A stretch of 64,000 bases of DNA, from contig OZ234493.1 in NCBI GenBank assembly GCA_965153455.1, positions 30,804,213 through 30,868,212 of the forward strand. Reading direction: 5' to 3'. The stretch's first letter is position 1. The number at the start of each line of letters is the position of its first letter. The position numbers and the translations under genes are program-made. Shown here piece after piece: positions 12,106 to 25,549 of this stretch. Source of the DNA: Sphagnum compactum. Its lineage: Eukaryota. The notes below the pieces were generated by a model, which did not search any database, was not told the origin of the DNA, and saw only the letters and a list, made by a program, of their open reading frames with translations.

Positions 12106-15100
12106 TGGGTTATCTAAATTCCATTTTTTACATCTATTACAACTACTCCTAGATATTCAATTTTGGTTTTTTTTTGTGTTTTATTCTTCCTTATGCTTTC
12201 ACCCTTTTGCTAATAATTCCCCCTCATTTGCTTCTTTACAAGTTGAAGGCACTTAAGAAGGTCTATGTCTAGTGTTTGATTGACTCTTCATTTTTCAATA
12301 AATCATTCCTATGTTTTCCTTCTTTATATTTGCATTATTTATTTGTTTTTCTCTACTTCTTTTTTTTTTTTTTTTTGGTGTTTACTATTTGTTAAGGTGT
12401 TTTTTTTGTTTATTTGATTTCATTTGTGTGTTTTGTTTGAATCAAAGTTTTTGTTTTCTTTTTATATAATTTGTTTGTCTTTTTTTGCTTTTTTTTTTAT
12501 GGTTTGTTTGTTTACTTGTTTTGTTTGTATGTTTGGTTGTACATTTGCATGTTTGTATGATTTTGTTTGGAAAAGTGTAAGTGTATGCTTGTTTATTTGC
12601 TTAGTTAATATGTATATTAGTATGTTTCACTTTTGTAACATTCACATTTTTTTTGTTTTTTTTGTTTACATTGCAAAAATTGTTATTTCATTATTGTAAA
12701 TACTTTTGCATTTCGTTGCACTTGCATTTTACAATACCATAACATATTTTTGATGATTAAGATATTTAATAATTGTGTCTTACTTTTAGACCTGTGAATT
12801 CAATTTTATTTAAGATGTACCAAAAATCTTGTCACACCATCACCTTTCTGTATTTTTAAAAATATTTTTCACCATCAACATGGACACAATATGAGTGATA
12901 ACAATGTTTCTAGATATAGGGTGGTCTAAGCTATCATATTTCAATATATGACAAGCTTTTATTCATTAATGTGTATGGGAACAAAAATATAAGATAAAAT
13001 TAAAGACTAGGACTATTGAGCTACTTCAATGTCATGGGTGGGCTACACCTTAAAGTACTCAAACCCATGTAGTCATATATCTTTAACTTCATATACTTTT
13101 AATCACCATTGTGACTACACGATTACATCAATATTATGTGATTACATGCTACATGACTACCATTGTGATTACACAACTATATGTTAACCTAAATACCTAG
13201 CTAGACTAAGTTAAGCTCCTTAACTACCTAGAAGGCCAGGCTAGGCCATCTATTAGGAGGAGCCACATTTCCCTTCATTTAAGGTGGTGTAAGATCGATC
13301 TCCTCCTAACCACCATAACCCACGAATTTTTCCCCAAAAAAAATTCTTTTTATTAATTCTTATTTTGCCCAAACTAGCAAAATGACATGTTGATCTTAAA
13401 AATTGATTATACAAATTTGAGGCCAACATTACTTACCTACCTAGGTAGGTAGGTAGTTATGCTAGGATACTTTACTTACTTATTTGCTATCCTCAAAGCT
13501 ACTTATCTAAGCTAAACTACCTATGTCTATAGGCTACATAGTTAGGCTAGCCTAGGTAACTTGTAGCTTATGGGCATAAATAGTTTAGCCTAGGTTAAAT
13601 AGGTAGATTCATAATCAATTTGGCTCCACATCTTTGGGAAACAAATGTTATATTTCCACCCCCCTCAAAAAATGATGAAAGTCACAACATTTTTAAAAAA
13701 TTAAACTGAATTTTTTTTTTAATGGGAAAATTTCAATGCATCTTATTCTTAAACTCTTCATTTGATGATGGGGTTTTTTTTTATGGACATTAATATGATT
13801 TTTTTTGAGTCCACATTTTTCACTTTCTTTATGTGACAAACATAATGTCATGATTTCAAAAGTTTATTATGAGTCCATTTTTTAATATATTTCATTCATA
13901 TTTTTTAATATGATGATTAATAAAGTCTATTACAACATGAATAATTAAAAATTCAACAATATAATTAATGATGAATATGATTTTATATTTTAAGTTTATT
14001 TATAATTCAAAAAAATTGCAATTGTGATAGTTCAAATTGTTCACCTAATTATGCTTTCATCCAATAACTGCAACCCCCTTGAAGTTCAAAGGGGGGATGC
14101 TTTGTGTCTTGCATATTTACATGCAAGCCCATAAAGGCAAGCATTATTCAAGATTGGTTTATGATTTCAAGGAAAATGCGTTTGAATTTTGTTGTGTAAT
14201 AACAACTCACAAAAACATGTTTTCGTTAAGAAAATATGTTTTGACAAATTACATACTTTGTTTATGCAAAATAGTTTATGGCTAACACAAATCAAATGTA
14301 AAAAATCTCATTTAATATTTATATTTCAAATTATATTTCTAAGTCAATAGTTTATGATGCCAACAAGGAATAGACTTTTTAAATAACCCTTTTTGTGCAA
14401 AATTTCTCACAATGTGAAAAATAAAATTAATATGAAAAAATAGTTTGACATCGCACGTTCCTTGTTTTTTGGGAAAATAATCTCTCAATTTTGAAAACCA
14501 AAATTGAAAAACTTTTGTCACATTTCTAATTGGATTGAATTAGAAGGGGGCATTTTTTAAGTATTAGCCTTTGAACAAGTTGTAGAAATGTGTCATCATT
14601 TAAAGTTGAATCCCTCTTAGGATTGCTCACATATGACACAATATTCAAAATTTGGAAGTAAAATAAAATCGAACAATACTATATTATGTATTAGTTATAT
14701 TGATTTTTTTAATGTGTTGATTATTATATATGTATATGTATATTAGTACATCATACATTATATATGCAATATATTGTGTGATCATATAACCAATAACATT
14801 ATGTACAAGAGTTTTCAATGTTATACAACATTATATACATTTAATAATTTTATACATAATTGCAATGCACTATACGAATTAATGATAAAATATGTAATTT
14901 TATTCAAAATCGGAATAATTATTTAAATAATACATAAAATATATAGGGACAAATAAATAAAGGAAAAACACCCGGCAAGGGAACAAGAGAAGGAAAAAGA
15001 ACGAACTGAAGTCCACACAAAAGACCTTTTTTTTTTTTTTTTCCTTTTGTGATGGGCATCTTTGATTGGTCGACACCAAAAAATTGAATAATTCAAAGCC

Positions 15101-15437
15101 TTTCAATAGTCCCCAAAAATTGGATATGTTGTAATCTCCTCCTTTGAGTTCCTTATATAGGTTACAAGACTAAGTTTTTTATGGCAAAAGGATATTATGG
15201 CATAAATCAAGGAGCTATTGAGAACATGTTGAGGAACACACCGAGAACTTGAGGAACTTGTTGGGAACCCCCTTGAGAACTTACTTCATGGGAACACCAG
15301 TGTTTTTTTAGGATTTTTTTAATTGAAAAAAGCCAAGACCCAAGTACCTAGTATGAAGGAAAATAATTAGGTCAACTAGAATAATGGGAAAGAGAATAAT
15401 GAGCTCCAATGGTGTGTTATTTAGCAGCACCCACAGG

Positions 15438-15790
15438 CAGTGTGTTTTTTTTTTTGGGGGGCAAAATTTCGTCAAATTTCAACCTGAAAAATATGATTTC
15501 AAAACCCATACAAAGGAAAAAAAATTTAAAAAATGGCCCGAATTCGCCAGATTTCGTAAATAAAAAGTTTCCAAATTGCCAGAATTTGTTGACAAGTTCC
15601 AGTAGCTAGGTAGCCACGAATATAAAAGGTTTCTGATTTTCTTCTTACTTTCATATCTAGTCTGTAGCCCAAATCTGGCTAAATCATCTTATGGATGATC
15701 ACCACTTCAGCTACATCACAAAATTAAAAATTTATACAATTTTTAAAATTTTTAAAAAAAATTAATAATAATAATAATAATAAAACCCTG
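15438..15790. mobile_element. hAT-type non-autonomous element (MITE), 353 bp
   Basis: Ends CAGTGTGTTTT ... AAAACCCTG, with a perfect 8-bp TSD CCCACAGG at 15430-15437 and 15791-15798. Confidence 0.85.
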
Positions 15791-16192
15791 CCCACAGGCT
15801 AGACAAACCACAAAGGGTATGAGGAACCCAGGTAAAGCACTAAAAGAGGGTAGGGGTTTCTAGAGCACAAGTAACCAACCCATGGTGACACAAGGGTTAC
15901 TAATTAAGCCACCACGACAAATGGCACTGTCTTGGCCACCTCTAGGTGCCCTTTACAGCAAGATGCTAGACATACTTCACATGAATGATCATAGACTCTA
16001 CATGCACTAGTGTTAATGGACACTTGGTGCACAGATGACATTCACAGAAAATTAAGCTCCTGTAATCACTAATCTATCTCTCAAACAGTGGATGAAACTC
16101 TTGCCAATTCATAATAGATGTGGACTAGAAAAGGAACTCTCTTATAGCTATCAAGATAGGTCAACTCGGATTGGTTCTAGATTCTGGATCGG

Positions 16193-16740
16193 TTCTTTGT
16201 CTCACCATTACAAAATGTGGGTGCAGTTCACTAGTCTTTCTTTGTTCTCACCATTACAAAATGTGGGTGCAATTCACTAGTCTTTCTTTGTTCTCACCAT
16301 TACAAAATGTGGGTGCAGTTCATTAGTCTTCCTTTGTCTCACCATTACAAAATGTGGGTGCAATTCACTAGTCTTTCTTTGTCTCACCATTACAAAATGT
16401 GGGTGCAATTCACTAGTCTTTCTTTGTCTCACCATTACAAAATGTGGGTGCAGTTCATTAGTCTTCCTTTGTCTCACCATTACAAAATGTGGGTGCACTT
16501 CACTAGTCTTTCTTTGTCTCACCATTACAAAATGTGAGTGCAGTTCATTAGTCTTTCTTTGTCTCACCATTACAAAATGTGGGTGCAATTCATTAGTCTT
16601 CCTTTGTCTCACCATTACAAAATGTGGGTACAATTCACTAGTCTTTCTTTGTCTCACCATTACAAAATGTGGGTGCAGTTCACTAGTCTTTCTTTGTCTC
16701 ACCATTACAAAATGTGAGTGCAATTCACTAGTCCCTCTTT
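16193..16740. repeat. 45-bp minisatellite, 12 copies
   Basis: Unit caccattacaaaatgtgggtgcagttcactagtctttctttgtct starts at 16203, 16249, 16295, 16340 and then every 45 bp to 16700. There are no unique spacers. Confidence 0.97.
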
Positions 16741-17289
16741 ACTACATCACAAAATGTGGGTACGTACGTGCTGTTCACGAGTCCTTCTTTAGTGCATTAG
16801 TGAATTTATTGCATCTTTAGTGCATCACAAAATGTGAGTACATGCAGTTCATAAGATGTTTTCTAATGCATTTGTGAATTTAATGCATCTTCACTAAGTC
16901 ATATTCACTTTGTACCAAATTGTATCACCATCCATTTTTTAAAATGGAATTTAGGGTTTCAAGTCCCACCAACATGCATGATGCATCATGCAAATTGTGA
17001 CTAAATTACCCCTTCATTCGCCTTGGCAAGATGTGCTAATAATACTAATATTAAGAACTTGCAAATGGTGCATGACAATGGAAACCAAAACTTTGAAGCT
17101 AATGTTGGTGAAAAGGCATACATGTTGAAAGTGCATATCAAAAGTTGTGTGGAAGTTGTACAATTGCAATTCATCCACATGCATTTTTACAAGGTGAACA
17201 ACAATTATACTATAAACCTTGCTCCCCCCTTGCTCAAAATCAAATAATGAGATTCATTATCTAACATAATGAAATGTATGACCTTCAAA

Positions 17290-17910
17290 TTCTAACTTAA
17301 CCAAGTATTGCAAAGGCTTCATTGGTTACCACAAAACCAATGGCATACCAACCATGAAAAAACGTGTAAAGGTGGAACACAAAATCTTGTTTTAAATGTA
17401 TGTAGTTTAACATGAAGCCAATTGTCTTAAATGTCATCTTGAACAAGAACCAATTAATAAGAGGCCACACATAACACCAAGTGCCATCCTAAGCTTTTTC
17501 TTTACAACTAATCCATTTAAAAAAGATAATGACACCTAAAAGGGCACCTTGGAAGATGTTATTTATGATCAAGGGTTTTTTACCTCATAGGACTACAAAG
17601 TCCATTTGATTACATGGACTAGCATATTGATTGTGCCCAAATGTGATGTTCCCATTTCAAAAGTTTTGCTAAGGAAATTCTACCTACATTAATGCAAAAA
17701 ACCTTGTTAAATTATGTGCAACCTACATTGGTGACATCCACTTCAACCACTTCAACTTTTGACCTTTAGATGTCAAAAGGGTCACATGATGTGTTTCTTA
17801 CCATTGTAAACTTTATCTTAAATAATTAGGAGCCTAAATACACAACTATAGGGTTATTTGAAGCCATTGATACAAGTGGTGTAGTTATGGTTCCTAAGAT
17901 GCAACAACTT
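17290..17910 (+). pseudogene. hAT transposase remnant
   Basis: Degenerate BED-finger end (KGFIGYHKTNGIPTMKKRVKVEH) and first catalytic-Asp region (TFDL*MSKGSHDVFLTIVNF...EPKYTTIGLFEAIDTSG), with stops and frameshifts. Confidence 0.7.
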
Positions 17911-20689
17911 CATGACATATATTTTTTCACTTGAAAGGTTGTTGCTTGGGCACCTTACATGTACACAATATAATGTGTAAGCTTTTTCCACATGAAAATA
18001 TTTCATCCTATTTATATGTGCATCATACATGTTTTAGACACATGACATCAGTGTGCAAAAAGTACGAACCCATGAAAGAATGATTTTTACATGACTTCCA
18101 TTGTTGAATCATCGAATGAGAAGTTTGTGATGTGTGATAGTGATATATTGGCAATGGCAATGGCATATTACATCTTCAATATTTTCATGGTCTTTATTGT
18201 AGTTTTAATCCTTTCTCTTGCCATGTCATGGATTAATTTTCATTATTTCAAAATTCAAACATTGTTTCAAATGTTTATAATAGACTTACATGGTTTTTGG
18301 ATTCTATTGGTTCTTGTGTGATTATATCAAGATTTCAGGTTTGCAAGCCAAGTATTGTTGTTATAAAATGCTTTGACATTTTGGTTAATCATTGCAAAGC
18401 CATGCACCATCTCCACAAACATGGGTAATTTATGAAGTTGAAAATGGTTTCCTGATTGTCACATGTGTTTTGAATCAAAGTCATGGCCATTGGCTCTTTC
18501 GTAACACCTAGGAATTTCTCATATCCACCTATCATGTGGCAAATGCATGAATGGGTGGACCAAAAATGGTTGAAACCTGACAAACACATTTTCATAAGTC
18601 CAAATTTTCTTATCTTCAAATTTCATTCGTATTAGCATGTTAAAAATGTATTTAGTAAAAAATGTCACATTAACATGTTAATAGGAGCCAAAATGGGTGT
18701 CAAAGGTCCTTGAAATTTTCAAACAATAATAGATATGTTTTTGTTTGACATTTTGAAATTATGTTAATCATTCCAAGTTGTGCTAAATGACTAATATGAA
18801 TGTTGATGAATACAAATTTAAAATTCATTAAATTTAATTTTGGGTTCTGGTTTTAGTAAAAGACTCTTGAACTTGAATAACTATTGCATCAAAAGTAGTC
18901 AATTTTGCAAAGGACTAAAGTAAAAGACTTTTTTAATAAAAAAATTTTGATGGGAAAAAAAATTAAATCATAATAACTAACTACCTACATTCAAAAAACA
19001 CTCGCAAGTTAAAAGTTATGGAATTTGCAATTTTTAAAAATTCAAAATATGTTTCAAAATCTCAAATTTTCAAAAGTCTTTTACCACATGTAAATGAGGT
19101 GTAATGTACACAACATATAAAACAAAGTTGTAGCCATTTGAAAATAAGGTTAAACAAAAAATTTATCACTAATTACCATGCTTTAAAGATGCTTATGGGT
19201 AATCTATACTCACTATGTTTATTATTCATTTAAAATTTATTCAAATTTCCCATAAATAAAATCATTGTTATACAAGTCCACCAAAAAATTTCAATATTAA
19301 CTTATGTTAACATTTTCAAACATGTAAAATTAATCATTGATTACACCTTAAGTGCGTCGTGCTTTCATGATTGCTCTCAATCAAAATTGACAAGATGGCT
19401 AGTGTTATATTTATTTATAATTATTTCAATATATAAATTTAAATATACCTGATATGTAATTTATTAAACATGTAATATCATGTACAACATTTTTAAATGT
19501 TATATAAAGCATTAATATTATGTAAATTTCATAATTATTACTTTATACACATATATGATTTTTAATGTCATAATGCTTATTAATTTTTCTATGAATAATA
19601 AAATTTTTTATTATTTTTTAAATATCTTTTTAGTTGATTAAATGTGATTTAACATAAATTATAACATTTTTCCAAGTTGTATGACCACATATTTTGATAA
19701 ATAAATAAATATAAAATTTTAATAAATAATAATTTTGGATCAAATTTTATATTGTTAACTACCCATTATATGGAAACTTGCAAAACAATGTTTGTTTCAA
19801 GCATGTTGATTTCTTTTGAAATCCTTTGGATAGAATTAATATGATTATATATCATTATTTAATGTCAAAAAAATCAACGAAGATATTCATCAAATTAAAC
19901 CTTTGAGCAAGAGTCCCAACTTGAGTGTTTTTTGGGTGAAAATTCACAATATGGTTCAAATAAAATTGGAACAAGTTCAACATTTTCATTCTTTATGTAT
20001 AAATATTTTTTCAATCACAAAATATGGGAAATTTTTGCCAAAATTTCAAAACCACAATATTAAAAGAAACAAAAAACTTTAAGCAAGCCATAGCATAATA
20101 ACAAGCTTCATGAAAATTTTATGTTGTAGAAATTTATGTAATTTATTTTGAAATATATTACCATGTACCATTAGATCCAAGCTAAGTTCAATTTTGTGGA
20201 CTTAATCTTACACCAAAATTTACGTATAATTTTAAAACTACATTATTAAACCCATTACATCCAAATTATGACAACATATAATATTAATACATTATTTTGT
20301 TGAGGGTGAATGAAAGTTTTCAATTTGCAAATATGAACACCCCCTCATCAAGGTTCTTTCATTTTGAAAAATTGGTCAAACAAGGTCAATGGCATACATA
20401 GTAATTATTTAACACATGACTATAGTCATGTAAGTCATGTAGTCATGAAAATGGTGATACTCATAAAAATGCCTTAATCGCAAAACATATGTTATTGCAT
20501 GATTAGATTGGGACACTAGTCATATATGTTCAAGTCATGGATGCCATGTTTTGGCATAATGAGAAATGTAATTGAAGATGGACAAAGGAAAAAACATATC
20601 AAAAGGGGCCATACTAGTTAAAGGAAAAAATAGATATCCTTCAATTACCTCCAAAAATAATGATGCCAACTATTCATTACAACTAGTAG

Positions 20690-21420
20690 AAGACAACAAT
20701 ATTAAGCATTTCAACAACATCAACACAAGGAATTAAGGCAAAACAAGTTTGGAAAAAGGCACAAAGCAAAACTACAAGCAATAACAAATTGAAAGATTGT
20801 TTGAATTGTGGAGCAAAAGGGCATTGGGAATGAGACTTTGAAGTTTGAAGAAGTGTCAACAAAAGTTTAAAATTCAATTCACAACTCCAACACAATTTTC
20901 AAAAGCAACAAGTTAATTGCATTGAATCCACACCAAATTTAGAGGCTAAGGATAAGATTGAAAACAAGTTTGAAGAAGACTTTGGAGGTATGAAAAGGTA
21001 GGGCTTGAAAGCTACCTAGTTGAAATTATTGAAAATCCTTCTTGGTATTCTAATTCTAGTGCCATAAAACATGTAATAGGAAATAAAGACTTATTAGTGT
21101 ATTTGAGATATGTAAAAGCTAACACTTCCATCACAATTATAGCTAGTGAGACCCATAATGTGGTTGGAAAAGGCTCGTTTTAAATCTACAGGAAGAAAAT
21201 CAACCAAAAGTGTTTTCTACGTTCCTAACATTCAAAAAAACCTACTTTCTAATTGGAATAATTGTAGATGTTGGCCATACAATGAAGTTCTTTTTTGTAA
21301 TCTGTTTCATTAAGGATGAAACAAAAAAGTCATCATTTAAAAAAAAACTAGAATGAAAGTCAAGGGTCCATATTAGCTTAAAGAAAACCTTATGTACAAA
21401 TCAAAAGTCAAACTTACATC
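20690..21420 (+). pseudogene. Ty1/Copia gag-protease remnant
   Basis: Zinc knuckle CLNCGAKGHWE at about 20798, protease-like SWYSNSSAIKHVIGNKDL at about 21040, and VFYVPNIQKNLLS at about 21210. Confidence 0.75.
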
Positions 21421-22329
21421 ACAAAATAAGTTGACCTCAAATCATAGAAAATAATTAATGTAGCCTTGGGTCAAGTTTGACACTAAGTAATTCTTGAAAA
21501 CCTTAAATGCATTCCTTTGCAATTCTGTTGAAGTGGGATAGAGGATGTGTAGCCATCGATGGAAGCTTGCCAACACAACTTGAAACATGGCACACATATT
21601 AAAGATCCCTTGTGGAATGCATTTTACTTAATCACATCGCCAGATTTCATACACAAGGCTAGTGCTTCATTCCTTTTAGTGATGATCAATAATAAGTACC
21701 TAGTATGCAAAATCAGTACTTTTTGTTAGTCTGTAAGAATTGCACACACTAGTCCTCTCAATGCCAATATAATTTGTTCACAATGTGGGTCTTGAATCTA
21801 TTGAGTTCAATCATGTAAAATTTTGTTATGGCTTTTGTTATCAATTGGATGATGAAGGTTCAAACGAAAACCACTACTTCCATTACACCATGATCCTTTG
21901 ATATTGAGGACTACATTGTATCTAAAGAATTAAGCTTGGTTGTTTTGTAAGCATTATTTGTATCCTCTACAACTAGTAAGAGGCTTGTGCCAAGAGCAAG
22001 TAGAAAGTTGTGATGAACATTGGATATGATGATTTAGTTTTTACAAGTGCACAAGGATTATTTGGGAACAAGGGTAGAGGGTTTGGTCAAAACATCATAT
22101 TCATTTTTTTTCCCTTACTAACTTCAAGGTTTTTTTTTCCCTTTCATGTTGCACAATAAGGGTAAGACTTCCCGAATTTGTTACTTTAGTGTATTGTTGG
22201 TAAAAACCCATAGAATTTCATAAGTTAGAAACTTCAAGGTTCTTAGTTGCACATTTCAAAATTTTGAAGCTAGGGTTTTTTCACCTAAGAAAGGAAAACA
22301 TTTTTTTTTAAAATGTCCCAATTACCTAT

Positions 22330-24223
22330 CATTGAGAAATTGCATCTGTCAAAACCACGTTACCTTGCAACTAAAACTCAAAACACAACTCATATATAAT
22401 TACTGTGCAACTATCCTTTGGGTATTACAACTATGTGCAACTATCCCCTAGAAATATGGTGTATTAATAAATAAATTGCCACATCAAAAAATCAATTACT
22501 TAAATTATAGTTGCAGTGAGTTGAAAATGGGTCTTCTATATAATAAATTATATACATCGTGCATACATATGTAGTCAACCATGTTTGATTTTTTCAGGAG
22601 TTGCATGTGGCAACTACTTTAAAACTATTGTAAATGTGCCACTAAAGCAACAATTATGTTGCAACTAATGTACAATGTACATACATGCAATCATGCCATG
22701 CATCCACATTTTCACCATCCATTATGGGAACTATTTGCAACTATTATGATTCCCATTGATATAATTAGTACGGCCACTAATGCGTCACTCCTAAAGTATT
22801 ACTATTCAACTATGTTATGACTATAATACAACTACTTATAACTTAATAAGATACATATTCATCAATTATTTATATCTTCATCATATGTGCTTCATTTTGA
22901 GTGATTTAAAATGTTATGGGAGCATTATCTCAAGCTCTTAAAATCATCTTTGAAGTGTAAAGGAAAAGGAGTAATGAAAATATAACAAGAAGAGAAATAA
23001 ACTTTCCAACTTACAAAACACGTTTTCTTCCTTTTTTTCTCTTTAGACCCCTCCTACTTTCAAACCTCATAAATTTTTTATTTTTTATTCATTTTAAACA
23101 ATTTAAAGTGTTATAGAAATGCCACCTAAAGTTTTACAAATCATCTTTGAACTTTAATAATAACATAAACATAAAAGGAATTTTTTGAGTGTTTGAGAAC
23201 TGGCCTTTGTAACATTTGGTGGTTTGGTTTTTTGAGTTCTTGACCCCCTCTACTTTGGGGGGCCATAACTTTCTCAATTTTATTCCATTTTTGACTATTT
23301 TTTGTGCGCCACATGCATCAATAGGAAGGGTTCAAGTTTTGTTTGGATGCCAGAAACAATGGAGTTCTCCCCTTGGATGTAATATGCCCTGAGCACTTAA
23401 GTGTTATAGTTGCAACTAAGGAACTAAAAGATTTAACCCATATGCTTTGTCTTCAAATCCCTTGTTACAAACTATATAAAAAAGGTTTGTTCTCTTATAT
23501 TCTCACATTAAAATACAAATACCATTTTGGGATGAACTCAAAAAAACTTAACCCAAAAGCAAAACATAAAATTAAAAAATAAAATTTCATGGCCATTCCT
23601 TAGTTCATTTAGTCTTGGGGTTTCCTACCTTTTTACCTACCTAGGTAAGTAAATAGGTCCTATTTTTCTACTTACCTATGTAGGTAGGAAGGTAGGTAGG
23701 TAGGTCCTATGTAAATACGTAAGTATGTAGATTTTAAGACCTACCAACCTACCTACCTATCGTTATGTACGACCTACTTAGCTACTAAATTAAATATTTT
23801 TATTTATTTATTTTTCCAAAATACAATTAATATGCCATGTGGCAATTTTTGATTATGTCATGTGTCACAATTTTGAACCATCATTAACAATCATAATGGA
23901 CAATGGAAATCAATATTTTGAAAAAAGAAATTATGTCCAAAAATCTTCATAGTGCCATGTGTTAAATTTTTGTAGGTGAATGACAATTAATGATGTCAAC
24001 ATGACATCGTGGGTGCAATTATAATGGAATTACATAGTAGTTGAAAATTAGTTATTTTGATAGAATTGCAATGAATTGCACCGTATATATTGTGAATTGC
24101 AATTTTACAACTCATACAACTTATTCATTAGCATTCATTAACATTAGTGAGTTGTAATTGTCCTTTACAAATCAAAAATTGAGTTGCAAGGCCAGTCGCA
24201 AAACACCACTTTTTCTCATAGTG
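22330..24223. mobile_element. Non-autonomous CACTA (En/Spm) element, about 1.9 kb
   Basis: Right end TTTCTCATAGTG (reverse complement CACTATGAGAAA), degenerate left end CATTGAGAAA, TAT/TAT 3-bp TSD, and many subterminal gcaact/agttgc repeats near both ends. Confidence 0.65.
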
Positions 24224-25549
24224 TATGAAAAATGGAACCGATTTTCAAGCCAATACATTGACCATCTTTGATTAAAGCATGTTCAATCAAACATGTATAG
24301 GTGTGCATTTGTAATTGCCTTTATTGGGAGCTATGGGGCCTTCTTAGTTGATGGCTTTGAATACAAACAAGTTTCAAGCACCGGATGCCTGAAATGTAAT
24401 GTAAAATCCATTTGTACTAAGTACTTGATATGTGCTTTCATTTTCCTTTTTCCTTTAGTTTATAATCTATCTGCACTCAACTACTTGTAAAGGTTGTTTA
24501 TTCACATATTCATGAAAATGAGTCCCATATGAAAATTGGTTCATTCACAGGTAAGGTACCAAAAATGAGTGTCTAACTAAAAAAGGACTTTAAAGGGCAA
24601 TTTTAGATTTTCTTAATGTCTAGTATATTACACCTATGGTGTATTTTTGTGTTCCTACAATTAGAGTATTGAAAAAAAAAAACTATAAAAAAATCCAACA
24701 ATTATTGGATGTGTATAAAATTCCTTTTGAGTCCTTTAACTGATTTATGGTCAAGTGTCCATATTACAATGTTTTGTTAACTTGGAATGCAAAGGAATGC
24801 ATAAAATGATGTGCAATTGATTTCAAACTTTTATATAAGAAAAACATGTTTCCCTTTACGCAACTACATGTTCATTATGTCAATTTGATGAAAAAAAATT
24901 CACATGAAAAATTCAAAGTCTTGAAATTTTGAAGCAAAGGGATGCAAAGGAAATGATACATTTATTAAATAATTTGGTTACTTTTTTATATCCATTAAGT
25001 TCAAAAAATTTAGCTTTCGATGTAGGTCACATGTGCAGGAAATAATAATGTGAATAAACAAGTTTAGTTGATTTTAAAAGCCCACTTTTGCATTTTCTAT
25101 GTTTTCGCTTACGAACTTTTTAATATTCATGCACAATTATGTACACATGTGAAAAATCACCACCAGCACTTGAATTACATATATAGGAATACTCAATTTT
25201 TCTCATTAAAATTTGTTTTATGTAAATGTTATTTATAGAAAGTAGCTTTAAGAAAGTCTTGGAATCCTTTTTCCTTTTTTTGGTACCCCAATCGTGATTG
25301 GACCCTGACAATATAATGGGAGTTTTATATCATAGTAATACTTGTTGAAATCACTAACATTTCACCACAACATTTCAAATAACAAATATCAATGCACAAG
25401 TAATTCAAAATGAAAATATGAAAAGTTTATATGTTTGATGCATCTTGCAAAAATGTGTAGGTTCAGCAAAATGTTTTTAGATGTGCTCATTTATTTCTAG
25501 TAAGATCTTTGACCTTGAAAATGTTTTTAGTACCAATAGGTTCAAGTCC

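Noticed and set aside
16193..16740. CRISPR array, or the 148-aa repeat protein ORF 16277-16723
   Set aside because: Units are head-to-tail with no unique spacers, no cas genes are present and the context is eukaryotic. The ORF is a by-product of a 45-bp (multiple of 3) unit.
18090..18650. ORFs 18091-18321 and 18389-18619 as genes
   Set aside because: No recognisable family and no splice-supported structure. They lie amid TE debris.
21500..22000. Possible MULE/SWIM-finger remnant
   Set aside because: The Cys/His spacing is too degraded to support a call.
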